From NCBI RefSeq assembly GCF_009914755.1, contig NC_060930.1: a stretch of 64,000 bases of DNA; one strand, given 5' to 3'. The DNA is from the human T2T-CHM13v2.0 reference genome, Homo sapiens. This document shows positions 1 to 13,272 of this stretch, in pieces (positions within the stretch are counted from its first letter, which is position 1; each line of letters starts with the position of its first letter). The translations under genes and the position numbers were made by a program. The notes under the pieces are model-generated. The model was given only the letters and a program-made list of their open reading frames with translations, made no database searches and was not told the origin of the DNA.

Positions 1-339
1 TTGCTCCTCTCACTTTGGCCTGATTCAGAATCAATATTATATTCCTCACAGCTGGGAACTCTGAAGAACAGCAGCTTTGGCTGGAGTCAGAAGAAGTGGT
101 ATAATCAGCCGCAAAGGGTTCTCATTCTCTTTGGCCCCTGTTTTTGATGGTTTAACGGCTTTTTCAATGGAGAAGAAATGGAGAACAAACTTCTGTTCAG
201 TGATACTATTTACTACAGTCACAGCCTTAAAGATATATGATTTTTTTTGTGGCCTGGGTCCTTGAGACATATGCCAGCTCACAAGAAAATAGAAATTATT
301 TTGCCCTCCATATCTTTTTGTGCTTTGCTTCTTATTAAT

Positions 340-367
340 TATTATTATTATTATTATTATTATTATT
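340..367. repeat. (ATT)n microsatellite, HCRTR2 intron
   Basis: attattattattattattattattatt run. Confidence 0.9.
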
Positions 368-1127
368 TTTGCTAACAGAAATTTAATACAAATTTATTAT
401 GGCCACCTGCTAGATACTCTCTTCTGCTTTTAAGAACTTTATAAACATGTTATGTTACTGGATGGGTTTTATTCTTTCTTTCTCTTTCTAATCTTTTTTC
501 TCTTTTAGTCAGTCTAAATTCAATGAAAATTGGATTTACCTCTCTCTGGGTTACGTATTTGGATTTCCTGTATCTCAGAACTTGCTCTTTCCTTTTATTT
601 CCAACTACTTTTTTTGTCAATAATATATGTCTTATTCTTCTGACTCAAATCCCTTCCTTTCCAAGGAAAACAAATAACTTTCAAAGGAGCAAGGCTGTGT
701 TAAATTTAAGATATTTCAAGTTTTGGGGCATTCTACTCTTTTCCACAACATAAAAACTTTTGAAAAAAAGAACTTGAAAATTGTTTTTCTTGTTACCACA
801 CACATTTTTTTTCAAATGCTTATATTTATTTATCCTTGCATATGAAATTTGTTTTTTCTTTCTCCCACAAAAACCATTCCTAGCTTTTTCTCCTTAAAAC
901 TTAACTTTTTGCCGAATTAGTCAAAAGCAATTTCTTTACAACAGTTCAGGTTTGTCCAAGATTTCAAAGACATTTTGAGGTAAAGGGTCATAACATAGTA
1001 CAAATTTCTTTTGTCCGTATTATTTCACTCTATATAGTATTTTTGTAAAACTCTAGTACTCTTTATACCAGAAATGGTATAAGGTACACCTTATACCAGA
1101 AATGCATTGTTGTCATGCCTTCTTGCT

Positions 1128-1130
<3 letters not shown>

Positions 1131-1162
<32 letters not shown>
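1131..1162. repeat. (AC)16 microsatellite
   Basis: Perfect AC dinucleotide run. Confidence 0.97.
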
Positions 1163-1164
<2 letters not shown>

Positions 1165-1930
1165 ATACAGACAATCGAAGATGGAGACTTTAGCAGGAAA
1201 TATATATGATTTTTGGCCTATAATCTTATTGAGTAGCTGTAAGTTATCTGTTATAGGTTAGTGATTAGAATTTATAGATGGAATATTTCTAAGTATGGAG
1301 AAAATTTTTTAATAGTCTTTAAGGATAGCATAACAAAACATTTTTTAAAGTTTAAAATAATACATGAAAAATTAACACTCATTAATTTTTAAAAATTACC
1401 AAAATTCTGCCCATCGAGAACTGTTTCTTCTCTGGGTATTAAGGAGTCCCAGAAGGCAAGTTTCAGATAGTCCAGGAAGATTGGAGTTGAAGGCATATGA
1501 TACTTTGATCAATACATAAATGAAAGTAGGAAGAAGTACTTGAAGACTATCATTTAGGAGTGATTTTTAAATGATACACATAATAGAATATTAATACAAC
1601 ATTATTCAATTGTATTTAGAAAGAAAATGAAATAAAGAAGATATATATTCAACTTCCATATTCTTATTTACAAGAAATACTGCATCTGCTATTTGTGGGA
1701 GGGAGAGACCCTTCTCTGACCTGATTTGGCTTTTGATTTATTGATTGTGCTGTGGAGGTTCTGTTCAGGCACTGAAGTTATTCTAAACCAATTATGGGGT
1801 CAGAAACCAATCTGTGGTCAATTCCTGCAACTGAAGAGGACAGGAGTCAGACCATCCTCTACCAATAGCCTTGTTCACCTTTGAATTTAATTATTTAAAA
1901 GACACTTTTCTGTTGTTTCTTTTCCTGCAG

Positions 1931-2052
1931 AGTATTTGGGATGTTTGCCCATACTGAAGACAGAGAGACTGTGTATGCCTGGTTTACCTTTTCACACTGG
2001 CTTGTATATGCCAATAGTGCTGCGAATCCAATTATTTATAATTTTCTCAGTG
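1931..2052 (+). CDS. HCRTR2: Orexin/hypocretin receptor 2, penultimate coding exon (ECL3-TM7)
   Basis: Polypyrimidine tract and cag acceptor ending 1930; 122-nt exon translates (R)VFGMFAHTEDRETVYAWFTFSHWLVYANSAANPIIYNFLS(G) with GPCR NPxxY motif; donor G|gtgagt at 2053. Confidence 0.98.
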
Positions 2053-3832
2053 GTGAGTTTTCAACTGTTCTTCCATAAGCCACAATTGTAACCAAGGATG
2101 AGGAATCAATGAACACTCTTCAACTATATGAGGAGTTTAGTTGCTATGTGAGTTGTATTTTTTCCCTGACCTGATTTATCTTGAGTTTCTTCTCTTTTGA
2201 GGCAAAGTATTTGTTACTGAACTCATCAGAGAAAATGAACTGATTTTTCCATGTCAAACGTATAAGAAATGTTATAATAGAAGAAAAGTAAACATTCTGA
2301 GAAATCAATAACACAAAATCTTACATGACATACTTTAAACTCATGATTTACAAAAATATAAAATACTTTGTTCTGTTTTGCCTTGCTATATTATTCCTTT
2401 GCCAAAATGTGTAGCCTAATTGAGACAGAATTGGGATCTATTCACTTTTAGATATTTTACTATATTTACGTTTCTCTTGTGAGTATCATCTCTTGGATTT
2501 ATCTCAATATTTCCCACTGACTACCAAAAATAGTATTACTCCAAAATAACACATAAGTTAAATGATACACACATACATATACGTGTAACTTATACAATTT
2601 GTATCTGTTTATGGAATCAATATAATTATAAAAGTCATTTAAATCACTATTGTTTATTCACATTTTGCCCGACTGACTTTTAGAATTATGTTTTAATTAG
2701 CTACCTTTTTACATTGCCTTAATCTCCAACTCATTGGCGATTTCTTTGTTATTTCTATCTTCAAATATATGGTGATTTTATGTGGAAGAATAGAAATTCA
2801 TTTTGTGGCATATTTAATAAAGCTTCTGCATCTTCCAACTTGATCTTTGGCCTTCTGGTTTGCATAGGTTTAAAAAAAAGGCAACAAATTAGATTGATGA
2901 GAAATAATTTTGTTCTATTTAAAAAAAAATCTAGCACAATGACTAAAGCTCTGAACCTCGCACTAAGCAGGTAAAGGCTATGAGGAAGTTGTAATGAGAA
3001 GTGTTTGAAGCAGAAGTCACAGAACCAGGTCAAAGTCCTAGTATGGAGGATAAAAGTGAGTTAGAGGAGGCAACTGATAATCACTGATAACTCATTATGT
3101 GACTGCTATTGTGCTGGGCCCGTGAACATTCATCTTCTCATTTAATCACTGATAACTCAGTGCGTAGCTGAGGCTAAGAGAGAAGAAATGATTCGCAATA
3201 CTGCCATTCACACTAATAAAAGTGATTCATTCATTCTCATAGTTCTCCAATATCTCCTCCATAATTTAAAGACAAGGAATAGCTTCTACAGTATTTTTCC
3301 CCCTTCAGTTTTTGTTCTTTCTTATATAGATTATGAAACTGAAAATTTTCTGGATATTTGAGTGTATGTTTCTAGGTATTTTGTGGATTTAATTGTTTCA
3401 GTATCAGTTATTTAGAGTAAAATGCAGGAGTAATTTTTGTATAATTTTGGCTTTGTATGACATAAGTTTCATTGTGTTTAATTATTAAATATCTCTGAGA
3501 GTTCTTCTACTGATGATCACTTCCATTATAGTTATGTAGATAAAATATACCAATATGCGTAAATATATGAGGTTTGACTATAAAGGAATGAAGCAAATTC
3601 CAAGCCCCATATGTGAAAGGCAGCCTCGTTATTTTATGAAAATATTCATTGTTTCAAGAGTCTACCAAGCTTCCAATAAACTCAATTTCCTTATTCTATT
3701 TTACCCATCTTTGCAAAATATTACACCTCATTGTTAGTTTGGCTCAAGGGAGCAACTCAGTTGTACCCTATTCATAATTTGTTGAAGCATTTATGTATAA
3801 TTCCTTTTCCTTTCATTCTCTCTGTTTGCCAG

Positions 3833-4062
3833 GAAAATTTCGAGAGGAATTTAAAGCTGCGTTTTCTTGCTGTTGCCTTGGAGTTCACCATCGCCAGGAG
3901 GATCGGCTCACCAGGGGACGAACTAGCACAGAGAGCCGGAAGTCCTTGACCACTCAAATCAGCAACTTTGATAACATATCAAAACTTTCTGAGCAAGTTG
4001 TGCTCACTAGCATAAGCACACTCCCAGCAGCCAATGGAGCAGGACCACTTCAAAACTGGTAG
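3833..4062 (+). CDS. HCRTR2: Orexin receptor 2, last canonical coding exon (helix 8 and C-terminal tail)
   Basis: tctgtttgccag acceptor; phase 1 matches previous exon; GKFREEFKAAFSCCCLGVHHRQED...GAGPLQNW then TAG at 4060-4062; matches the recalled human OX2R C-terminus. Confidence 0.98.
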
Positions 4063-4201
4063 AATATTTATTCATATGACAAGGATACCTGAGTAAAACT
4101 ATCCTTTTTAAAATCACTGGGAACAGAAATTTTATTATCCTATGATGTGAAGCTAAAATTACTTGTGGATCTTTTTTTTTTTTAATCTATTGCTCTTTGG
4201 A

Positions 4202-4207
4202 AATAAA
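4202..4207 (+). terminator. HCRTR2: Candidate proximal polyadenylation signal of HCRTR2
   Basis: AATAAA 140 nt after the stop; it runs into a genomic A-tract. Confidence 0.6.
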
Positions 4208-4809
4208 AAAAAAGTCAGTTTAAAATGATTTCTCAACTTTTGATTTAAATATGTTAGAAGTTTAACCTTCAATTGAGCTTATTTCAGGCTATTTCACTTT
4301 TAGTTTCATGTATTAAAATGTGTCAATTAAATGTTTAAACATTTCTAATTCTTTTTATAATCCCTTGTTATTTTAATCTCTCACATTCAGATTGGTTCCT
4401 AAAAATTACCAGAATCTATCCAATGATTTTTTTTGCTACTAAAAGAAGTAGCAATTACTAATTCTGAATTAACAATAGACATGTTAGTTGACTTAATAGT
4501 TTTTTTAAAAAAAATCACAAGACTGTTGTTATAATGTGATATCTGAGAAAATATTTATATATAAAATAGCATATTGTGTTAGGTAATTCAAAAACTATCT
4601 TACAAAACTATATACTCACTCATTTACACAATTTTCTCAGGTTTGCAAATTGACCATTGCTAACATTTCTTGTCTCAACATATGGCCAGTAAGACTCTAT
4701 CACAGTAAAAGTTTTAACGTAATTTCCATCTCTAACACTTTAACATTTAAGAATAAGCTAAATCACATCATTATATTCTTTTAACAACAACAACAAAAAG
4801 TGATATAGT

Positions 4810-4960
4810 CAGCCTTGCTGGATTAAATTAAAAATGCACCACTGTGCTAGGTGCTAGGGAATGAGATGGCGTCGATGCAAACATGCCTTCAAAAGAGCTT
4901 CAGTCTAGTGAGGGAGACATGTTGACAGAGTGCAAGGCAGCAAACAATCTGGGGGACAAT
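4810..4960 (-). mobile_element. L2 3' fragment
   Basis: cactgtgctaggtgctagggaatg...gagcttcagtctagtgagggagaca resembles the reverse-complemented L2 3' end. Confidence 0.65.
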
Positions 4961-5925
4961 TCTTGGTCATGGCAGAGCAGTGAAGCTACCAAGGACAGTG
5001 GTCTTCACCAGAAAGTTTGTAGCGCAGTTGCACTTTTTTTTTTTCTTCAATTTAATTACAATGACAGTTGATGTCAGTGGATTCCATCTGGGCCTGGGGC
5101 TGAGTACCAGGTGGTTAAAAAATAGAGGGGCTTGCTCTTAACTCACACATACATGAATAGACTATCGTATATTTTGTAGAAAATGTAAGATCTGGGAGTC
5201 AAAGCACTGAGTATTCAAACTTATTCCCCTGAAAAATTCTTCTGATTCAAATATTTACTTGAAAATTAAACTAAAAGTAAAAGAAGTGTTTATGAAAGAT
5301 GATTTTCATCTCCTATTATGGTAACAGGTGTTCTGATTGTATTGAAACAAAAGATATGGGGCACAGTGTTTAAGAAAAACTTTCATAGAAAATTAATTTT
5401 TGTTATTTTTTCATTTTTCCATTACACTCAGAGAAAAGTAAAAGAGCCTAATTATCCACAACTTGTTTTCAAATCTTGGAATTTGGGATTCTGTTACCTT
5501 GTGCCTTTTATGACTCAAAGCAAAAACTATCTTCTTATACAAGGTTTATTGAGATCATATTGTAAAATATCAGCACTATATCAGTGAAAGCAAGGTATTT
5601 TAACTCTCTCCTTTCTCCCCTTTGTATATTTTAGAACTTCTTTTCTTATTTATGCTGCATGAAAGGAGAGTTGTAATTTTCGGATCGTGATGACAGCACT
5701 TTAAAAAGTTTGAGGATAACTTCAAATAACGTTGATAATATGCCTTAATAGCCAGTAATAGCTCAGAGGAAGAGTAAATTCCTTAGACCCAAATATACCT
5801 ACTTATAATTTAAAAGAGAGAAAAGGGAGAGAGATTGAGAGGGAAAGGGGGAGAGAAGGAAAAAACTGACTCAGAGAGCAGCAGTTATGTGACGTATGGG
5901 AAGTCAGAATTCCTTTGCTCTAAAT

Positions 5926-6109
5926 CAGTGATTCTCAAAATGTGGTTTCTATACCATCGGCATCAGCATCATCTGGGAACTTAGTGGACATGCTAACTTC
6001 CACCCTATCCCTCACCTACTTAACCAGAAACTTTAGGGGTGATAGCCCAAAAGCTGTGTGTTAAGCACTACAGGTGTTTCTGAAGCACTTTAAGATTTGA
6101 GATCCACTG
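5926..6109. mobile_element. MER5A-like hAT-Charlie DNA transposon (MITE)
   Basis: Terminal inverted repeats cagtgattctcaaa / tttgagatccactg; internal gcatcagcatcatctgggaac; degenerate 8-bp TSD ctctaaat/ctttaagt. Confidence 0.85.
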
Positions 6110-6174
6110 CTTTAAGTGATACCATCTGACATCAGTTTATCTGCCTGTGTGAAATAAAGTCTTTTACTGCACAG

Positions 6175-6229
6175 GTGTCTACAACAGGGGCCACCATCAT
6201 CGCTACCGTCAACGTGGTTGGATGTCTGA
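6175..6229 (+). CDS. HCRTR2: Putative alternative terminal exon of HCRTR2 (ortholog of rodent OX2R-beta tail)
   Basis: cttttactgcacag acceptor; joined to donor TG|gtagaa (4058/4059) it gives W-CLQQGPPSSLPSTWLDV-TGA; ATTAAA at 6275-6280. Confidence 0.75.
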
Positions 6230-9200
6230 AAGAAGAAGCTGAGTATCAATGTTGACTCTCACTCATGTCATCTTATTAAAAAAAAAACAGTTTACAAAAC
6301 AATTGCTACTGATAAATGCAGTGTGAAAGACTGGTTTTAAGGCACTGGTTTAAGGCACTGCTTTATGTCCACCCAGATAACTTGAGTTTTTAACTAAAAG
6401 TTTCAAATCACTATCTTCTTTATACTTACTAAAGTTCGTTTTGCAGAAGCAGATAGTTTCTAAGAATGATCATTTCATGGAAGGAGATATAAAATAAAAT
6501 AAAACCAGTACTTAAACTCTGGGAATGTAATAGGCCATGTACATAGCACTCAACATGTGAATCCAGGAATCCTTCTAAGAGGTCTAGATTTAGTATGGTT
6601 ACCTTAATAGGACAAATGGTAAAGAAATAGGTGTTCCCAAACTCTGCCAATCTTATGAAACAAAGAGTCAACTCTTTACCTCATTATTTGCTAATGACAC
6701 AAATGCAAAGACATCTTTTGAAAAGAATGTGTTGGGACTGTTTTATGCTGTACCTTGAATGTGTATCTCTCTTTTTTTTGCTATATTTCAAAGATTTAAT
6801 GTAAGTTGTCAATGTCATTGAGTTCTTGTTATCAATAGGGATGATATAATTTTATCTAACATGGAATCCATTTTAACTTTGTTATTTCTGAATTTCTATG
6901 AAACCACAAAAACCTTCATACTTGAATTTATTTATTCTTGGCTAAAGATTACTCCCAGTTTGTGAGGAAATTTATTTCTGAGTTTCCAAAGCTTGGAGAA
7001 TTTATTGGATATTAAATACCTGTTATAAATTATTGATGAGTTAATTGCAAGTAGCAGACACAATGATATTGAATTTCACTCCCAATACACATTGTTTTAA
7101 TGAAGATTAAGGTAAATATGTTTATAAAATTTAGTCTGGCTATGCTTAAACCTGAAATAGCAGAATGGCAAAAAACCCCAAAGCTGTTTATGGACCCAAA
7201 TTGTGAGGAGGGCTATTATTTTAATACTTGTGTAATAATAGAATGCACTTGATGTAAATTGTAATAGCCATCAACTGCATTTCAAAAACCTTTCGCTAGC
7301 CACTACAATTTAGAAAGCTTTTCAGTGTCAGTTAGTTTTACAACAAATGCCTTTTCTACTTTCTACAAGTCACAAGTCAAAAAAAAGTAAATTCCACCAA
7401 GTTTTATTCAATTAGTTTTCAAATTGCATGAAGCAAAAAATAGATTTTTAGAGACAATATATAAATAGAAAAAATATTGTAAAAGTCTACTCTATTACCT
7501 TATGTACCACAAAAAAATAAAGTACAAAGGCATGAAAAACACTATTATTTCCCAAAGTTCAAAGGGAATTGTTTTCTACGCAACTACTGCTACTAACAAG
7601 GGGACAACAACCCCCTCCACTTGCCACGTATTTTTATTCTCTTTTCTTTATATCTTTGGAGTTAAATGTCTTTTATGTTTTTCATGAAATGTATTCTATA
7701 ATTGTTGTATTTCATGTGTGTAACATTATGTCAGTTGTTTTAACAATTATCTTATATCTTGAAATTCTTTATGCCTGATTGTACTGTGTCTTCATGAAGA
7801 AATTTCTTATCAAATCCAATGTGATTACACACTTACTGCTGTAAAGGATGCGCATTATGTAGTTTTTAAGTAAAAACTATAGTGAGAATTCTATAATCAC
7901 ATTCACACTCCCCTCTCTATTGTATGAAAAATCTTGTTGTTGTTGATTAGATAAGGTGGATATTCACTCATAGTTAATGTCAAATCTCTGCAGTTAAGGA
8001 TTGAATTAAGCCCTCTGGTGCAGTACCTAATGATCAAAACATTTTTTCCAATAAGTTTATATAACCAAGGATAATAATGATATAAAAGGTTTTTAATGTT
8101 GTTTTTAAGAGCAGGTACTATAACAAAGAAGGTTAACACTGGTACAGAAATATTTCATAAAAGTTATGAAAACCAGATAAATACAGTATTAAATTTTGGA
8201 GCTTTTATCTGAGTTGAGAGATTTAGTCTACATTGACTGAGATGAAATGATGAACTCATAATTTTCAATTTATTATCAGAATAATAAGTGACATTTACAT
8301 AATTAATTTTTTTCTGGGCCATTTTGTATAAGTCATTTAGGACTATTTTAAGTTCACTGGTAAATTTTAAAATGTATATTTTCAGCTTTTCAATTTTTTT
8401 CAAAATAGTTCTGAGAAATTACAGAATCAGATACTAAGGATATTAATTTAAAAATCAATTTTTATTCAGCACTATTTATTCTAACATATATAAAAAATGA
8501 AGCCAAAGTAACCCGTCAAGGTAAATACTTGACTCCTAGGAAAATGTGATTTTAGTAGGCATCTCAAGAGGAAGTGAAACTTCTCGTGGTGAAATTACAA
8601 GAAAAACAAGTTATTCAGTGGTGAGAATGTGTTGCTCTAAGCAATCCATTAGCACAGACTAGCTACTTGGCCACTCCTCTTCCTTCTGGAGCCAGCCCTG
8701 AAGAGTGGTCACAGCATCTTCATTTTTATCCAGGCCAATGGCCATGCATGAGAAGTTGGGTAGCAAAATTCTTGAAGCACCTCTTTGTTCTTGCTCTTCT
8801 TTCACTGTTTTCTCACTCTCCACCTGTAATGCTCACTGCCAGTTTTACCACCAAGCTAAGTATCAGCAGACCTCCCTCCACAGCGTGCCTTGCCCTGTAG
8901 AACTCCTGGTCCTTCCTTCAGCCCAACCCCATCCAATTGCCTAGGTTCTTGTTGTCTCCTGAGATGAACAAGAGGCAAGTAGCTAATTTGAGAACAAATG
9001 AAGCAGAGCTGAAGGAAAAAGTAAAACATTTATTTTTTCATATCCCAAATTTTATAATTTTACATTTTTTTAAAACCCATTCATTTTCTTCCCAGAACAT
9101 TTATGCTTATCAGTGGTCTTCTGAATCTGTGACAACTCCCTTTTCAAGCCCCAGCTAAGCTTCTTGCCTCAAGCCAGAAGGAATCCCAGTTTTGAGTCTT

Positions 9201-11735
9201 GTGTTAAGGCCATGGCAGGTCAGTAGGGAGATTATCTGAGGAGGTACCGCTTGTGACACCTTCAGAAACAAAACAGCTATTGCCTTACGTTTCATAGGCC
9301 CAGGCCCTGAGCAATAGCAAAAAGATAATACTTATTTTTTTAAACTGTTGTTTATTAGGTGATCGATTTCTAATTAATTTCAAAATATTTAAGGTAATAT
9401 TTTAATTACCGAGGAAGAATGGTACAAACAAAATGTTGTGGAACTGGAAAATCCTCAGTGCTTGGCAACATGAAACTTATTTAACTTATTATAGATGAGA
9501 TAATGAGAACATCTTCAGAAAAGAAGCTATGTTCCTTAAAACAGGGGTACAGATTTAAAAGCTCTGTTTATATGGTTTTGGTAGACTAAGTGAAGAACTT
9601 GCCTATAAAGCTGAGTCTAGATCATATAGCATATCCATTATAAAGTGAGAAAATTGCAATTTTAGAGTATTGTCAATACATCCAAAAATTTTTACATGAT
9701 TTCTAAATGCAGATGTGTGTGTGTGTATGTCTACGTATGTCTCTCCATATGCAACAAGCAGTTAATTAGTCCAAATATATCCCACAGTGTAGATTAGTTT
9801 CATATCTCAGCTCTTCAATGTCTCTTCTTCATTTAATTCACTCCTTGGTGTCTAGTTTTCCTCACTCTTTTACAAATATCCAGGTTCTATATTTCTGCTT
9901 TTCTAGAGAGCTTTTTCCCTCAAGAATATATTTCTTTTTCTTTCTTTCTCTTTATTTTTGTTTGTTTTTAACTAACATTCATATGGTTATAACAATTTGA
10001 GACAAGTGAAAAGGAAAGATCTGTAAACTGCCTATCTCCTTTGAAATTCATTGCCAATAATCCTTAAGAATATAAAGTTCCTTGATGCCAAAGACCTTCT
10101 CATTAGTGTTGCTGCCTGTTGTTTCATTGGTTCCCTAGAACAATGCCTGGCACATAAAAGTTATTTGATAAATATCTCTGCTATTAATGAATTAATAATA
10201 ACTGCATGACAATTCTTTCCTCAATTCATCATTTTGCTTCATTTTCTCACAGTTGCTTCAATGTGTCTGTGGAACTATCTTTCCATGTGAACAAAACACT
10301 CTACATTCTCAGTGTCTACAAAGCACATATTTCCTTTTATTAAAATTAAACTTTGAGAGCACCAAATCCTAATGTCTAACCATCATCAAACTGGCAGATA
10401 GCACCAGTATTCTTTTTGCTCACCAATTTTATGCCCAGGCATCTACTGTTTCTTTCATGAATAAAACCTGACACCTGTAAGAGGATTTATCATGGTGAAC
10501 TTCTCTTTGTTACTGACATTTTCAGCCTCTTGGGCTCTCCCCTCCTTACTTATACACATTGGCACCCAGCTTGAAGTCATACTCTCTAGACCCTGGGTCA
10601 ATGTGGGTAATGCATCCAGGAATCCAGCTTAACTCTTCCTTGGTCTCTTTGATGTGACTGACCTTTATTTCTACATTTCTTCATCAAACCAGTCTCACAG
10701 TTTTGCACAGTGCAGATCACATGCTGCACCGTGTGCTTATTATCTCCTATAACAACAGATGCTCCACTGAAATGCAAAACTCTGTGTTAAGCCAACAACT
10801 GCTTCTCCATCCTTTCCTCCTATACGTTTCTTCTCACTACAACTTCCCTTCTCAACCCCAAAGGGACTACTGGATTCTTTACTCTTTTATTTTACCCCAG
10901 TCTATCAGTCCCATCCTGGACTTCCTTCCTTCTCTGCTTAGAGGAAAGCAAGATGCTCAGGTAGAATTGCACTTATGACTAGATATTATTTACTTCAAAC
11001 AAATTCTTACTATTTTGTCCTGATGAAATTCATGACAGTTTTCATACAACAGAAAGCCTGCCCTCTTAGAAGAGAAGAGAACTGAAAAGAAATGGTTGAA
11101 GTAAGGTAGAAAGCCCTCATGGAGTTAGGTGGCTAGGCCAGCAGAGCTAGGCACTGTTCTCCTGTTCAGAATTGCACTCCTGATACTCCAGATGGGAAGC
11201 CTGCCATGGCACTAACCACAGCACTTTTTATACCCTATCTCTGCTATTATGAGCCCACATTAGTTTTTCTTCTGCTTCAGAAATTGTTGCAAAAAATAAT
11301 TTTATTATTTACAAATTATTTTTAAACCATATAAATCTGCTTAGTTTGATTTCTCAAACCCTCTAAAACTTACACTTCTTGTTGTCCAATCTTTGCTTTT
11401 AATTGGGTATAATTTGAGGCAGAAATAAATTAATCTCATTTTTAAAAATGTACTAGCTATTAATAATTTTTAAATTTATCTTCTAAAATTGGAAAGTATC
11501 CACTTTAAATGCATCTGTAGCAAGGACTTTTTACATACATTCTGTAGCTTTATTACTTCCATTGAGAACTGTTAAAATAACAGAACTTACCTCACTGTAC
11601 GCTGGCTTTTGAAAAGGCAGCAGAACTGTTTATCTGATTATCGAAGTAATCATATTACATTTCTTTTTCTTTTCTAAGAGAAACCTTCTTCATGTGCTCA
11701 GTCAAACATTTTGGTGTTTAAGAATTGACTTATTA

Positions 11736-12122
<387 letters not shown>

Positions 12123-12562
12123 TTATTTGTTGCATCTATATAGTCTATCAATTCTAAAAGCACACTTTATGCGAAAATGTAGTCTAGGCCTTCAGAATGT
12201 ATTATTACAAGAAAGTATCTATCAACCATGTTTCATTTGTTTGCATGTTTTGTTTTGTTTCCAATAGACTATGAATATTCAGCTTCAAATGCTACCTCAT
12301 GATTGTTACATTCCTGTTGTTGAAAGAACCCATCTCTTTCTTACCTTCTTGTCCCTAAATTGTGTTCTTCTTATAACTTACTTTGCACATAACCATAATG
12401 GAGTGAGATCATAGAATTAAGAGGATTGAGAAAGAAAAATACTTCCCTCATTCCATTGGCAGTAATCTGTGATTCAAAAGTTAACAACATACCATGTATT
12501 CTTGTAGGAGATTCTTTCATGCTTATCACTGATCAACTTACATGCAGGTTAAAACCAGCCCT

Positions 12563-13272
12563 GAAAAAATGCTCATCATCACTGGCCATCAGAGAAATAC
12601 AAATCAAAACCACAATGAGATACCATCTCACACCAGAAGAATGGCGATCATTAAAAAGTCAGGAAATAACACTTGCTGGAGAGGATGTGGAGAAATATGA
12701 ACACTTTTACACTGTTGCTGGGAGCGTAAACTAGTTCAACCATTGTGGAAGACAGTGTGGCAATTACTCAAGGATCTAGACTAGAAATACCATTTGACCC
12801 AGCCATCCCATTACAGGGTATATACCCAAAAGATTATAAATCATGCTACTATAAAGGCACATGCACACGTATGTTTATTGCGGCACTATTCACAATAGCA
12901 AAGACTTGGAACCAACCCAAATATCCATCAATGATAGACTGGATTAAGAAAATGTGGCACATATACACCATGGAATACTATGCAGCCATCTGAGCAAACT
13001 ATCGCAAGGACAGAAAACCAAACTCCGCATGTTCTCACTCATAGGTGGGAATTGAACAATGAGAACACTTGGACACAGGGTGGGGAACATCACACACCGG
13101 GGCCTATCATGGGGTGGGGGTAGGAGGGAGGGATAGCATTAGGAGAAATACCTAATGTAAATGATGAGTTAATAGGTGCAGTACTCCAACATGGCACATG
13201 TATACATATGTAACAAACCTGCACGTTGTGCACGTGTACCCTAGAACTTAAAATATAATTTAAAAAAAAAAA
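12563..13272 (+). mobile_element. 5'-truncated L1PA (ORF2 C-terminus and 3' UTR) with internal deletion
   Basis: [17 protein letters not shown]..., [17 protein letters not shown]; poly(A) tail; short TSD agccct. Confidence 0.95.

Noticed and set aside
46-282. Overlapping short ORFs or a cryptic exon at the window start
   Set aside because: No recognisable homology and no convincing donor site
3793-3832. N-terminus of the 89-aa ORF (MYNSFSFHSLCLP)
   Set aside because: It is the intronic polypyrimidine tract in frame with the HCRTR2 exon
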